Assembly: GCA_963804165.1 (NCBI GenBank)
Contig: CAWDPO010000043.1
Coordinates: 1-64,000, forward strand
Source: an uncultured delta proteobacterium
GTDB taxonomy: Bacteria > Desulfobacterota > Binatia > UBA9968
Direction: 5' to 3'
Length of the DNA stretch: 64,000 bases
Within the stretch, counting starts at the first letter, position 1; each line of letters opens with the position of its first letter. The position numbers and the translations under genes were made by a program. Positions 9,380 through 19,611 of the stretch are shown here, piece after piece. The notes beneath the pieces were generated by a model. The model was not told where the DNA came from. It made no database searches and saw only the letters and a program-made list of their open reading frames with translations.

Positions 9380-10831
9380 TCACACTGCACAACCGACCTG
9401 AAACCGTTCCCGCCGGACGACAGCGAAGCGGGCAACCACTCCGTCGCGTTCGTCCGCACGGCTGATGCTGCACAGGTCATATTTGCCACCGAAGCGAGCA
9501 TCGCCTCCGACAAGCGCCCGCAACCTGCCGCCCTTCCAAATCTGAAATCCATCAAAGTGAGTCCATGACTCTTGTCGCCCCCAGCCCCGCGCTTCGGCAA
9601 GACGGCTGTACAGGTCGAAAGGGATACATGCCAGCCGGAATTCTTGCGGATCGAGGCCGAGTTCACTCTTTACAATCTGCGTCCCACGCTGAAGTAGCGC
9701 TTGATCGATTTCCATCCTGGAAAGCGCCGTCCGTCGTGGCAATCCTAACGCGGTGAGCAGTTCCGAGACTGAGGCATACTTCTCCTCCTCGGGAAAGTCT
9801 TCGACCAGAAGCAGCTCAGGAACAAAGCGAGGGAGATAGCGCACACCCGCGGAATTGATGAACGGGTGGAGCATCAAAAGATCCAATGTTTCCTTAAGTG
9901 GCTCCGAAATACTGGGGGGACAGGGATGGCCGCAGGTGCAACCTTCGAGACATTTTCCCCCCTCTGTCAGCGGCCGGTCCGGAATCTTAGCTCGCCATGC
10001 GCAACAACACTGAAGATACTCACCAAACTCACGAGACGATTCGACCTGCACCGGGGCTAATTGGAACCGGCGCGCGGCGTTAAGAGTTTTCTCCGAAAAG
10101 ACGAAGGACGGGTCCTCGTCATTCACCACCCTGCGGATGGTTGTCGGTTCAACAGTGGTTATCGGTTTAACCTGAACGGGAGGTTTCGGTCTGAGCATTT
10201 CCTCAGCTAAACGTTCCAGCGAGCTGATATCTCTGCTCTCCAGTGCCCACCTAACCAGTTTTTGGATCCGCGCCGGATCGATGTTTTCTTTTGCGTTGTC
10301 GAGTTTGTCGATTTTAAGGGGATCCAGTGTAAGGCCCTGAAAGTGGGCCCGCCGGCGCGCATAGAAGTCCCGCCAAACCGGGTCCTTTTCCTCGAGAGTG
10401 GTCAAGCTCACGACCACGCTATCCCGTAACCGCGCCGGCTCTTGCTTTGAGAAGGCCAATACTGCTTGGAGCCCTGGATCAAACGGGTTGAACGGGACGT
10501 CAATGGGTTCGTAGATTTTGCCTGCCAATTCCGCAAGACCGTGTTTTTCCTCGACCGCCTCGCGCAATAGCCGTATTCGACCGGTCAAGTCTTTCACCTT
10601 CACCCACTCCTGACGTTCCATGGCCGGGGCGACTTGCCGCAACAAATCATCAATATCCACCTTGCTATGCTTCAAGCGAAGATAATCCGAGTGCGGCAGC
10701 AACGCCCCCGTAAAAACGTGGGCGCGCTCCAGGTAAAGATCCCGGTAGAGTGTGTCGATGTTTCCTGCGTCCAGAAGGCGCGAAATCAGCGACGCATCTG
10801 CTGAAAATGTGCCTTTCGATTCCCTATCCAT
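9380..10831 (-). CDS. Hypothetical protein (~483 aa) with a Cys-rich internal segment
   Basis: Long ORF in the operon orientation; CCCAW..KCLEGCTCGHPCP; no family recognised. Confidence 0.6.
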   Translation of the reverse strand: MDRESKGTFSADASLISRLLDAGNIDTLYRDLYLERAHVFTGALLPHSDYLRLKHSKVDIDDLLRQVAPAMERQEWVKVKDLTGRIRLLREAVEEKHGLAELAGKIYEPIDVPFNPFDPGLQAVLAFSKQEPARLRDSVVVSLTTLEEKDPVWRDFYARRRAHFQGLTLDPLKIDKLDNAKENIDPARIQKLVRWALESRDISSLERLAEEMLRPKPPVQVKPITTVEPTTIRRVVNDEDPSFVFSEKTLNAARRFQLAPVQVESSREFGEYLQCCCAWRAKIPDRPLTEGGKCLEGCTCGHPCPPSISEPLKETLDLLMLHPFINSAGVRYLPRFVPELLLVEDFPEEEKYASVSELLTALGLPRRTALSRMEIDQALLQRGTQIVKSELGLDPQEFRLACIPFDLYSRLAEARGWGRQESWTHFDGFQIWKGGRLRALVGGDARFGGKYDLCSISRADERDGVVARFAVVRRERFQVGCAV

Positions 10832-10841
10832 AGCAACATAC

Positions 10842-11081
10842 CTAACTTTTTTTCCGCTGTTCAGGTTGGCTTTGCAGCTTGATCTCGGCCAAAACCAGTC
10901 GCTCCGCCTCGAGCCAGTCTTCCACATCGCGACCGTCGCAACAGCCCCGGCACTCGTAAAGCTCATGGGCTTTTCCAGCGATCCGCTGGTGCAATAGCTC
11001 GTCGTCGCTCACACTAAATTCGCTAACTTCCTTGACTGGAATTTCTCTGCTTCCAGCGTTACGAATTTTATTCTTAATCAT
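10842..11081 (-). CDS. DUF2934 domain protein
   Basis: RIAGKAHELYE.RG...GRDVEDWLEAE signature. Confidence 0.8.
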   Translation of the reverse strand: MIKNKIRNAGSREIPVKEVSEFSVSDDELLHQRIAGKAHELYECRGCCDGRDVEDWLEAERLVLAEIKLQSQPEQRKKS

Positions 11082-11164
11082 TGGAAAACTCCTCGTCTTA
11101 ATCGATTCTTATTTTTCTTTTGATAAACATTTCACGCTCCGGCACTTGTCAACTTTGGACTGGC

Positions 11165-11440
11165 TCAACTCGGGTGAACCTTAAGGGCACTTTCAAGCTT
11201 TCTGACGTCGACTTCTCGACCTGCCTTGAGTGCGTCTAATGCGTCTTCGATAGTTCTTTTATGCAATAGCATTTTGCCCTTGGGCGCACCCGTTAGGTTG
11301 CGAGTTTTCCAGTCGCAATCTCGTGCGGCATCCTCCAGATGGTTTATCAACTCGATTCCGGTCATTGGATCCCGGGCAAATCCAGAGGACGAAAATACAA
11401 AGACCAAAGCGATTGCTGGTAATATGTATTTGGATTTCAT
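11165..11440 (-). CDS. Small secreted hypothetical protein
   Basis: Signal peptide MKSKYILPAIALVFVFSSSGFA; AGGAGA RBS. Confidence 0.6.
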   Translation of the reverse strand: MKSKYILPAIALVFVFSSSGFARDPMTGIELINHLEDAARDCDWKTRNLTGAPKGKMLLHKRTIEDALDALKAGREVDVRKLESALKVHPS

Positions 11441-11556
11441 GATATTTCTCCTATTCCTTTTCACATGACTCTAAGAGTGTGCGCACTTGTGCCGCACGAT
11501 TTCGATTCCCTTGCTCGGCAAGAACAGAGATCGACTCGACAGAGATAGGAGAGGTA

Positions 11557-11945
11557 CTAGATGCGCAGAACCGAGGACAACTGGAGATTGACTACTTTGG
11601 CGGGAGAGAACCCATTACCTGGTGGTCGAAAAGCATTCAACCTCGCGATCAAAAGCGGTACTTCTTCACCAATCGCGATGTCCAGATGCAAAGTTTTGGC
11701 ACCAAGAATTGTGCCGATGGAAAAAGCCTGCAGGGAAACCACCTGTTTATGTAAGACCTTACAGAGTTCTTCATCCGTGTGATGATCTGGAGTTTCTAAG
11801 GGGACGCTCGCATGCGCGAAACTTTGCACAACAGACGAATCTAAATGCTTGCCGTCTGTATGGGAACACGACACTAGAACACTTAGATACGCTAGGGTGG
11901 CTATAATTGCGATGCTGATCGCATAACGCGTCCGGTAGCGCCCAT
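11557..11945 (-). CDS. Secreted His-rich protein ending RPP..SVLRI, putative leader peptide 2
   Basis: Hydrophobic N-region, CSH..H..H..HH..C..H, FRPP, C-terminus LQLSSVLRI*. Start uncertain: the ATG at 11945 is one base out of frame next to a G-run. Confidence 0.6.
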
Positions 11946-12442
11946 GCGCGCAATTACGGAAGCCCAGGCAGTCCGCCCTATGTTGTGACCAAACCGCCAC
12001 TGAACGTTCCCTCCATAATTTGAGCAGAACGCAAAGGAGAGACCACAAAGAGCTTCTATTCTCTGGCGCTGACTATTGGGCGTTGATCGTCTCTGCCCCA
12101 TTGATAACTGGAGGATAATTAAAGCCTAACCAAACGGCGGGGACACGCATTACGTGATTGAAATGTCCTTATCCCTTTTCATTCGCGCGAATTGCTTAAG
12201 ATCTTTTCTCATTTCTGCAAAAGAAAACTAGCGCTTTCGGAGTCTGACTAGCCGGATTTTCGCGAGTAACTGGGTTCCTATCATGCCGGATAATCTTCCG
12301 CACGCTCACGACCGAGTCGGGTCGTATCCTTCGGGTTTCGTATTTCTTCGAGAAGTTCTTTGAGTACGCTGCGCGTGTTCCTGAGTTTTTCGCAAACCCA
12401 GGGTGCACTCTTGCGGCCACGTGTTCCAGGTTCACTCTAGCA

Positions 12443-12793
12443 TTACTTTGCTTCGGCTGCCATTTCACGATGAGATTGAGCCATGGCGGTGTTCTCCTTT
12501 GACGCCTGTTCGTAGATGCGCACCAATCCTTGGCAATGGCTTATCAGACTTTGAGCTTGTTTGCCGTAAAGACTTTTTCTCGCCTCGTATTGGGCGAGTA
12601 GTTTTTTGTGTTCGTCCGCCTTTGTCTGCATTTCTTTGGCTGCACCTTCATAATGATTTGCCAATAACTCATGATCGCTACGGGTTTTCGCACTCTGAAC
12701 AGCCTGGGTCATATCCATGGGCATCGGGTTGATTGTGCAGGAAACCAATAGACCGAAGACAGCCACAATTGTGAGATATTTTATTGTTTTCAT
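12443..12793 (-). CDS. Helical lipoprotein, paralog of 1741-2091
   Basis: Lipobox LLVSC; same length and most residues shared (MDMTQAVQSAK.RSDHE.LA.HYE). Confidence 0.75.
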   Translation of the reverse strand: MKTIKYLTIVAVFGLLVSCTINPMPMDMTQAVQSAKTRSDHELLANHYEGAAKEMQTKADEHKKLLAQYEARKSLYGKQAQSLISHCQGLVRIYEQASKENTAMAQSHREMAAEAK

Positions 12794-12795
12794 AG

Positions 12796-14124
12796 CACAA
12801 GCGTCCGGGTATTAATGGAACAAATTTAGTTCATTAGGTGAAAGTGTTTGGATGTCCTCGGTGACGATTTTGTTAAGTAGCTGATCTAAAGGGATTCGTT
12901 CAAACATGGTTAGGCTCAAGATCTGTAATATTTCATACAAGCTGGCGGAAATGTTGAGTCGTTTTTTGACGATGGCGACGAGCACGTAAACCGAGACGGC
13001 GATCCAGATTTGAGTTTTGACCGCGTTCTCGGAGGTGCCGAAGAAGACTTTGATACGAAGATGCTGCTTGATCCATTTGAAAAACAATTCGACTTGCCAA
13101 CGGCAACGATAAAGCTTGGTGATAGTGAATGCTGGCAAGGTGAAATTGTTGGTGAGGAACACCAAGCCCTTGCCGGTTGCCGGGTCCTTGAATCGGACAC
13201 GACGCAGCGGCGTGTCGAAGTCTTGTTTGGAGTAAAAGCCGGTGAGTACGATGGTCTGATCGCAAATCAATCCGGTGCTTCGATCGACGGGATGGGAATA
13301 ACGGCGCTGGGCTTTGAGGTTGGACTTGGCACGGGTCACAAAGAAGCTTTTCGCCTCGTGCAGTTGATAAAGCCGATCGAAGTCGATGTAGCCTCGGTCC
13401 ATGATGTAGAAAGCACCGGGCTCGGGCAGCAGCAAGTCCAGGACGTTGACGTCGTGCAGTTTGCCGTCGCTGATGTGGAGAAACGAAGGGATATTGCCAC
13501 GCAAATCCAAGAGCGTGTGCAACTTGATGGCTGCCTTGGTCGAGCGAAACGGCGCCCACGGAAAGACCGACAGGCACAGGTCGATCGTACTGGCATCCAA
13601 AGCATAGACCGTGTCTTTCAAATCGATACCAAACGGTTCTGTGGTATAAAGACGGCGGGCGATGGCAATGAGCGACTGGGCAAAGTCGGCGTAGATGCGC
13701 CAGTCGCGACTCTCATTGGCATTCGGACAGAGTACTGCGGGACACCCGGCTCTTGATGCCCATGTGATAGAGCTTGCGCTGTTGCGCGCGCAGGCACGCT
13801 TCGATGTCGCGCAAGCTTTCTCGATAAGTCAGTTGAGCAAAAGCCATACAGAGGTATTGGTCGAGACAAGAAAAACTTTTGACCTTGTACGTACCGCCAT
13901 AGCGCGCCACGCAACGGCCAAACGTCGTGCGCGGCAAGTGCTCGGTGACTTGCGTGAACACCAGTTTGCCCAAATTCATCCAGACCTCCTGCGAGACAGT
14001 TCCTCGCAGGGTCGCAAATCGACGGCAAGTGTTTCAAATGGAGACCAAACATACTCAGGAGTTATTTAAATCAAATCCTACAGTTAACGCTCTGCCACTA
14101 CTGAAGCATCCAGGACGAACAATG
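12796..14124 (-). mobile_element. IS4-family insertion sequence
   Basis: Transposase gene inside; imperfect terminal inverted repeats CACAAGCGTCCGGGT (12796) and CATTGTTCGTCCTGGA (14124, minus). No clear long target-site duplication. Confidence 0.8.
12812..13979 (-). CDS. IS4-family DDE transposase (DUF4372 N-terminus), frameshift near 13730
   Basis: MAFAQLTYRESLRDIEACL; ALDASTIDL; MDRGY; YRCRWQVELFFKWIKQHL (IS4 YREK motif). Confidence 0.92.
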
Positions 14125-14274
14125 AGTATACTTCCATATTTGATTAGAAAGAAAAAAGATAGCGCGTATAGCCCGCCTGAGCGACGAGAATTTCACAAGC
14201 GAAGATAAAACATCTTGCGATCCTCCCAGGTTTTCGTGATTAAAGAACTCGCAGACAAAATCGTTGAAAACACG

Positions 14275-14290
14275 AGCAATTCAAATGCCA
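14275..14290 (-). promoter_or_regulatory. Putative sigma-54 -24/-12 promoter
   Basis: TGGCATTTGAATTGCT, i.e. GG-N10-GC, close to TGGCAC-N5-TTGCW; intergenic. Confidence 0.55.
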
Positions 14291-14474
14291 GTTCGGTATG
14301 AAGCAACACCACTCCAGATTCACAATAAAATTACACACTTTTCGGTAGAAAAAACGTTTACATGCCTCGCGCATGATCAATATATAGGCGGACGGATGAC
14401 TATTTATTGGGCAGACGCTTTCCAAAGTTGCAGTTTACGCGCGGCGCTTAAGTCATGCGAGAACTCCCCTTTGG

Positions 14475-15812
14475 TCAATCGATCAAAGTTCCCTTTGTAC
14501 GTGCCAACCAGTCGTCAGTCGGAGGAAGTTCGCGGGAGACTAATCCCTTACGTAAAGCCTCCGAGTAGCTCACTTGTAGAAACCGGTTGAGGGTGAGCCA
14601 GCTAAAGATCAACCCCATACAGATAAAATGAACGTAGGCGATGTATTTCTCTGCTGAGAAAAGACTAAATAATAGAATGATGAATCCAGCGCTGGCATCG
14701 CCGGCTCTTTCGACGACGACATCGAGAAAGGTCTTAATGGATTTCTTTACGCCTGCAGGTACGGCCATATAGATGATCTCCATGCTACTGCGGTGAATGC
14801 TGTTACGAAGCGCGGCATCGGCTATTCGAGTCAGCGCGGCTGCAAGAAGGCCGGGCCAAATCATGATGGCCCCAGTGCCGGTGAGAAGCACTCCCGGAGT
14901 GAGATAGAGGCTTGGGTAGAGGCCTAATGTGCTCAATGTTTTTCCCGTCAGGACGACCTGAGTAAAAAAGGTTGCGACGCTAAGCCAGCCATAATAGGAG
15001 CTGAAAAAAACAGCGAGAGTCGATTTGGACGGGTAAATTGCTTTTGCCGCAGTCTTAAGCTGGAAGTCGATTAGAGTCGAAACTATGACTGACAGGAGGA
15101 TCACTGCGGCGATCGTTTTGAGATACCGTGAATCTGCTAGACGCGCGAATACATTTTCAGCGGTTCTCGGTTCGATCTCATTCAGGGAGACTACGACCTT
15201 GTCAGGAGAGGTTTCGCCTAAGCGTCGCTGAGTCACGAGGAGTAGTAGGGACGCCGTTAGATAGATGCCTCCGACAACCCAGAGGATGTGGTTGCCGTCA
15301 ACCGAAAGGTGAATGGTCCACTTGGCCCCGAAACCAGCAGCGACTCCGCCGAGTGTTCCGCCAGCGGCAAGAAGTCCGAACAATCGCTTGCCTTCATCCG
15401 GACTAAATATTTCGTTGATCAGGGTCCACAACTGGGCCACGGCGATAACCGTCGCCATCGCCGACCAGATGTAAAAGGCGTAGTGGCTCCAGCCAGGATC
15501 GTAATAAGTTAAAAGAAACCAAAACAAGATTATATTCGAGAAAATGATCGCGTTCGTTGCTAGGATGAGCCCGATGACGGAGACGTTTGCTGTATATTTT
15601 GTGTAGGTCGCGATGATAATGCCGGCAATCAGAGCGACCGAAATATAGAGGTACGGCAGCTCGGACGCTGAATGGTGGCCGAGAAATATACTATCGCGGA
15701 GGATTTTGATGAGATTATTGGCCGCGATCAAAAAGAAAAGGAGAGAGGCCATGACGCCGACGCGGTAAATCTCCGTGGATTTAATATCAAAAAATCGTCG
15801 TAAACGTCGCAT
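14475..15812 (-). CDS. Npt1/Npt2 (TLC ATP/ADP translocase-like) MFS transporter, no HEAT tail
   Basis: IKILRDSIFL, EGKRLFGLLAAGGTLG, STLIDFQLK, KTFLDVVVERAGD; paralog of 30155-33009. Confidence 0.8.
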   Translation of the reverse strand: MRRLRRFFDIKSTEIYRVGVMASLLFFLIAANNLIKILRDSIFLGHHSASELPYLYISVALIAGIIIATYTKYTANVSVIGLILATNAIIFSNIILFWFLLTYYDPGWSHYAFYIWSAMATVIAVAQLWTLINEIFSPDEGKRLFGLLAAGGTLGGVAAGFGAKWTIHLSVDGNHILWVVGGIYLTASLLLLVTQRRLGETSPDKVVVSLNEIEPRTAENVFARLADSRYLKTIAAVILLSVIVSTLIDFQLKTAAKAIYPSKSTLAVFFSSYYGWLSVATFFTQVVLTGKTLSTLGLYPSLYLTPGVLLTGTGAIMIWPGLLAAALTRIADAALRNSIHRSSMEIIYMAVPAGVKKSIKTFLDVVVERAGDASAGFIILLFSLFSAEKYIAYVHFICMGLIFSWLTLNRFLQVSYSEALRKGLVSRELPPTDDWLARTKGTLID

Positions 15813-15922
15813 AATCTCTATTGTGCCTCGGCCAATTGACTTATATTGCGAACTTCTGGGACACCACACTTGAGCCCTTTCATTGAACGCTCCCAGTAAT
15901 TTTTATGCAAAAACACCCAGCA

Positions 15923-16447
15923 CTAAGGGAAGATCGTCAGATTCCGATGATGGAAAAAGAAATAGCCAGCCATTCCAGCCGCGGCCAGCAGATTTCCCGC
16001 GAGAACCGCGGGCCATGCTAAAAGACCCAAAATGGGCTCGGCCAATAGGAATGCCATACCGACGAAGGCGAACTCAAAAAACACGAACAAAAGTAGAACC
16101 GCGAACCCGAAATTGGCGTCGCTCTCGGCATAATGTAAAAGCCAAGATACGACACCCCCGACACCTACAAAAACCAGTAGATGAACCCACGTGTACATAA
16201 GGGTCATCTCCACCGAAACAGCAATGGTATTGAGCTCCCAAGCCGCGTGATTGGAACGAAACAGGGCGAAGCCCAAAAGGGTAGGCGTGTAGAGGGGTTG
16301 ATTCTTGAGAGTATCGAGGATCAGAAACCAGACTGCGAGAATTCCCGCTCCAATCACTCCGGCGATAATGCCTTCAATATATATGGCGCTGGTGTTTTCT
16401 TGCACTATGTTTGATCGAACTACTTGAATCCGATTTTCTTCTAGCAT
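15923..16447 (-). CDS. Four-TM hypothetical membrane protein
   Basis: EGIIAG..WFL..D...QPLYTPTLLG; YTWVH; GNLLAA. Confidence 0.6.
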   Translation of the reverse strand: MLEENRIQVVRSNIVQENTSAIYIEGIIAGVIGAGILAVWFLILDTLKNQPLYTPTLLGFALFRSNHAAWELNTIAVSVEMTLMYTWVHLLVFVGVGGVVSWLLHYAESDANFGFAVLLLFVFFEFAFVGMAFLLAEPILGLLAWPAVLAGNLLAAAGMAGYFFFHHRNLTIFP

Positions 16448-16672
16448 TGGTGTTCCTCCAACGACTGAAATGCTTACCAGACGTAAGCGTTGCTTTCTGT
16501 CTCGCTCGCTTCTGACCATATCGTTTCCCCGAAGCTGACTCGCCTGAGTTTAATGACCCGAACCGGAATAACCGTCCTCTTTCTTTGCAGGCGAGGAACC
16601 ATTACCCGACTGTACCGTGAGGTTATCATCATGATCGTTGCCAACGCCCCACCAGTGACGTTGTTCTGTCAC

Positions 16673-18138
16673 TCATGATAGATCATGATAGCAACCGGCA
16701 GGGTGTTCATCATGCTCGTTAGTACCCGCTGCAACAGTAACCTTGATCCCGTCACGGGCTAGATCCGCGTCGCTCGCCTTCAGCGCAACGGTCCCGGCAG
16801 GATGTTTGTACCAGCCGGGATCTTCATCGTAGCTGCGAAGTTGATCCCGCACCTTAACCACCGTAAAGAGTCCGCCCATCGAGATATAATCACCGAACTG
16901 CCCGGTGGCGCCCTTCATGGCGATCGTGTTTTTCGGATAAGGCATGACCTCGGCCATTCTGCCCATATCCATGCCCGTGTGACCCATCGACATATAGGCC
17001 GGCAGGAGCGGCCGAACTTGCTCTTCCACGCCCTCGATTTTCGTCCCGACCATATTTGGGAACTGATGGCCCATCTGATTCATCACGTGGTGAGTCATGT
17101 GGCAGTGAAAGGCCCAGTCGCCCGGCGCGTCGGTAATCAATTCGATGTTGCGTGTCTGTCCGACCGCAACCAGAGCCGTGGTTTCCGGCCACTGCGCCGA
17201 GAGAGGGATATCCTCCCCGTCGGTTGCGGTGATTCGGAAATGATATCCATGGATGTGCATCGGATGATGATCCATCGCGCCCAGGTTACCTAGGCGAAGG
17301 CGGACTTTATTTCCGGTCTTGCAAACTAAAGACGCGGTAGAGGGAAAAACTTTTCCATTGATGGTGAGAATATTGAAGTCGTTCATCACCAACGTATTCG
17401 GACGGGCGGTTCCAGCTTCGATCGCCCATTCGCTGATCATGAGTGAAAAGTCGCGATCGACGTGATATTCGGTGGACGGATTCCTAGGATGAACGACAAA
17501 CATGCCGATCAGTCCCATGCCCATCTGTGTCATCTCGTCGTGATGGGCATGGAACATGAAGCTTCCGTACTGTCTGAGTGTCCATTCGTACTTTACCGTC
17601 TCGCCGGCTTTGATATATGGCTGGGTCAAACCGCCCACCCCGTCCATCCCGTTGGGGAGATAGAAACCATGCCAATGGACCGAGGTCGATACCGGCAACT
17701 TGTTGGTCACGTAAATTCGAATACGCTCGCCTTCGACAGCTTCGATGACCGTGCTATTCACCCGGCCGTTGTAGCCCCAACATTTAGCGCGCAACCCCGA
17801 GTCAAAGGCGTGATCGACTTCCTCGGCGATGAGATGAAAGACCTTGACGCCGTCAACCACTTTAAAGGGAAGCGCGCCCCCGTTTGGAACCACGACGGGT
17901 TTATAACCCTTGCCGGGTAAAACCGCTGGCAACGCTTTGACGTCGATCGGCCCGCCGCTGTAACTCTTCTCCCAATAGGCCCGGTTAGCGGACTTCGGTT
18001 GTCCCGCTGACGGTTGATACTGCGATGAGCCCCCCCGTGAGTTTTCGCCTGCCCCTCTTTTCCCAACAGCGCGACGCCGCCGGCGATCGTCGCAGCGCCG
18101 AGACCCAAAATTTCCCGCCTGGATATTTTCTTGGCCAT
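16673..18138 (-). CDS. Tat-exported two-domain multicopper oxidase, frameshift near 17940
   Basis: SRREILG Tat motif in the upstream frame; HWHG, FHAHH, HPMHIHG, HCHMTHHVMNQM. A T1 Cys is present only in domain 2. Confidence 0.88.
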
Positions 18139-18154
18139 TTTCACTCCTTAGAAA

Positions 18155-19588
18155 TTAATGCCCTTCTATATTACGCCCTTGTGTGCGAGCGCCCCTCATT
18201 GCTGCAGCTGCCTCGCCCGCTCGCGCACCGTCGCCTCCCGGCAATCGGCCGCTCAAGAGCTGTGCTAGCTCCGCCCGAGCCAACCAATAGTCACGCAGCG
18301 CCGCGACATAGGCAGCGCCGGTCTCGATCTGCTGCTCGCGCGCGCGCAGCAATTGAATGGGTCCAAGTTGCATCGCGTTGTATTGCAACTGCGCTTCGTT
18401 AACGATGCGCTCATGAAGCGGGAGCATGATGTCCCGATAGTATAAAGCGTGATCCCGCGCTCCCTCCATGCGATCACGGACGGCCCGTGACATGGAACGG
18501 ATTCGAATCGCCAGAGAGTAATATTCCTGCTGCGCACGCCTGAGCTCTGCGGCGGCACGGCCGGTGCGTGCCTGTCCCTGATCAAACAGCGGAATGGGAA
18601 ACTCCAAAACCGGCCCGACTTCCCACTCTCCATCGGTCCGCTCTCCCAACGCGCCCATGTGCGATTCGGGAATCAGAGCTGTTGCTCTGTTCAGTCCTAG
18701 CTGCTCACCCGCAGACACTAGACGTTGCCGGGCGTTCAAAAGATCCACACTGCGGCTGAGCGCGACACGTTCGATATCCTCCGTCTGGATTGGCTGCTGC
18801 GGTATTTCGGGTAATCGTTCGTCGGTTTGCCACTCGGTCTGTTTTCCCCACAGGCCCATTAAAGTGTTTAGCTCTTCCCGGCTCTGCCGGACCGCGACCT
18901 CGGCGGACCTGAGCGCCAATTTACCGGTCTCCAGAAGCGCCCTCTCCCGAGCAAATTCGAGGTCCGTGATATTTCCCGCGTCAAGGAGCCGTCGCGTGAC
19001 CTCAAACGACACGGTGAGCGCCTGGACTATCGTCTGGCGGAGATCGAGCATTTGCTCATTTGCCTGATGCAATAAAAAGGCGGCTCGAACTCGTGCCGCA
19101 AAGTCCAAGACCATCCCGCTTACCCGAGTTTTCGCCTCCTCGAAGCGGGCGGCCGCCACTCGCTTGCGTAGCGGCAAATAAATGATATCGAGAAAATTCA
19201 TAACCACGGCGAGTTCCAGTTCCGGCTTGCCTCCGCCGGATGTCGGCCACTTTACGGCCCCGTCGAAGATCGGATTGCTGAGCAGGCCGGCTTGCACCAG
19301 GTCTGCCTGTGCAACACCAAGATCCGAATAAACCGCCTGCAGCTCGCGATTGTTGAGCAAGGCGATCTGGACGGCATCATCGACGGTTAGCTTGTCTTTA
19401 AGTAGCGAACCTAACTTCTCCGCGGCTTCTTTATCCAGATCAGTGCCGTTATTCCAATAAATTTTAATCGCGGCGCGCTCTTCCACCGTAGCTTGCACTT
19501 GATCGAAGCCAGCGTTGAGGGCGACCGAAGCGCAGCCGTTAAGAAAAACAATAGAAAGCAGCCATCCTGTATTTCGTACCGACAACAT
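18155..19588 (-). CDS. TolC-family outer-membrane lipoprotein associated with the copper oxidase
   Basis: Lipobox LNGC; LTVDDAVQIALLNNRELQA; QAGLLSNP; PIPLFDQGQ. Confidence 0.88.
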   Translation of the reverse strand: MLSVRNTGWLLSIVFLNGCASVALNAGFDQVQATVEERAAIKIYWNNGTDLDKEAAEKLGSLLKDKLTVDDAVQIALLNNRELQAVYSDLGVAQADLVQAGLLSNPIFDGAVKWPTSGGGKPELELAVVMNFLDIIYLPLRKRVAAARFEEAKTRVSGMVLDFAARVRAAFLLHQANEQMLDLRQTIVQALTVSFEVTRRLLDAGNITDLEFARERALLETGKLALRSAEVAVRQSREELNTLMGLWGKQTEWQTDERLPEIPQQPIQTEDIERVALSRSVDLLNARQRLVSAGEQLGLNRATALIPESHMGALGERTDGEWEVGPVLEFPIPLFDQGQARTGRAAAELRRAQQEYYSLAIRIRSMSRAVRDRMEGARDHALYYRDIMLPLHERIVNEAQLQYNAMQLGPIQLLRAREQQIETGAAYVAALRDYWLARAELAQLLSGRLPGGDGARAGEAAAAMRGARTQGRNIEGH

Positions 19589-19611
19589 TCGCGCTGACCT
19601 CCTTCACCCAG

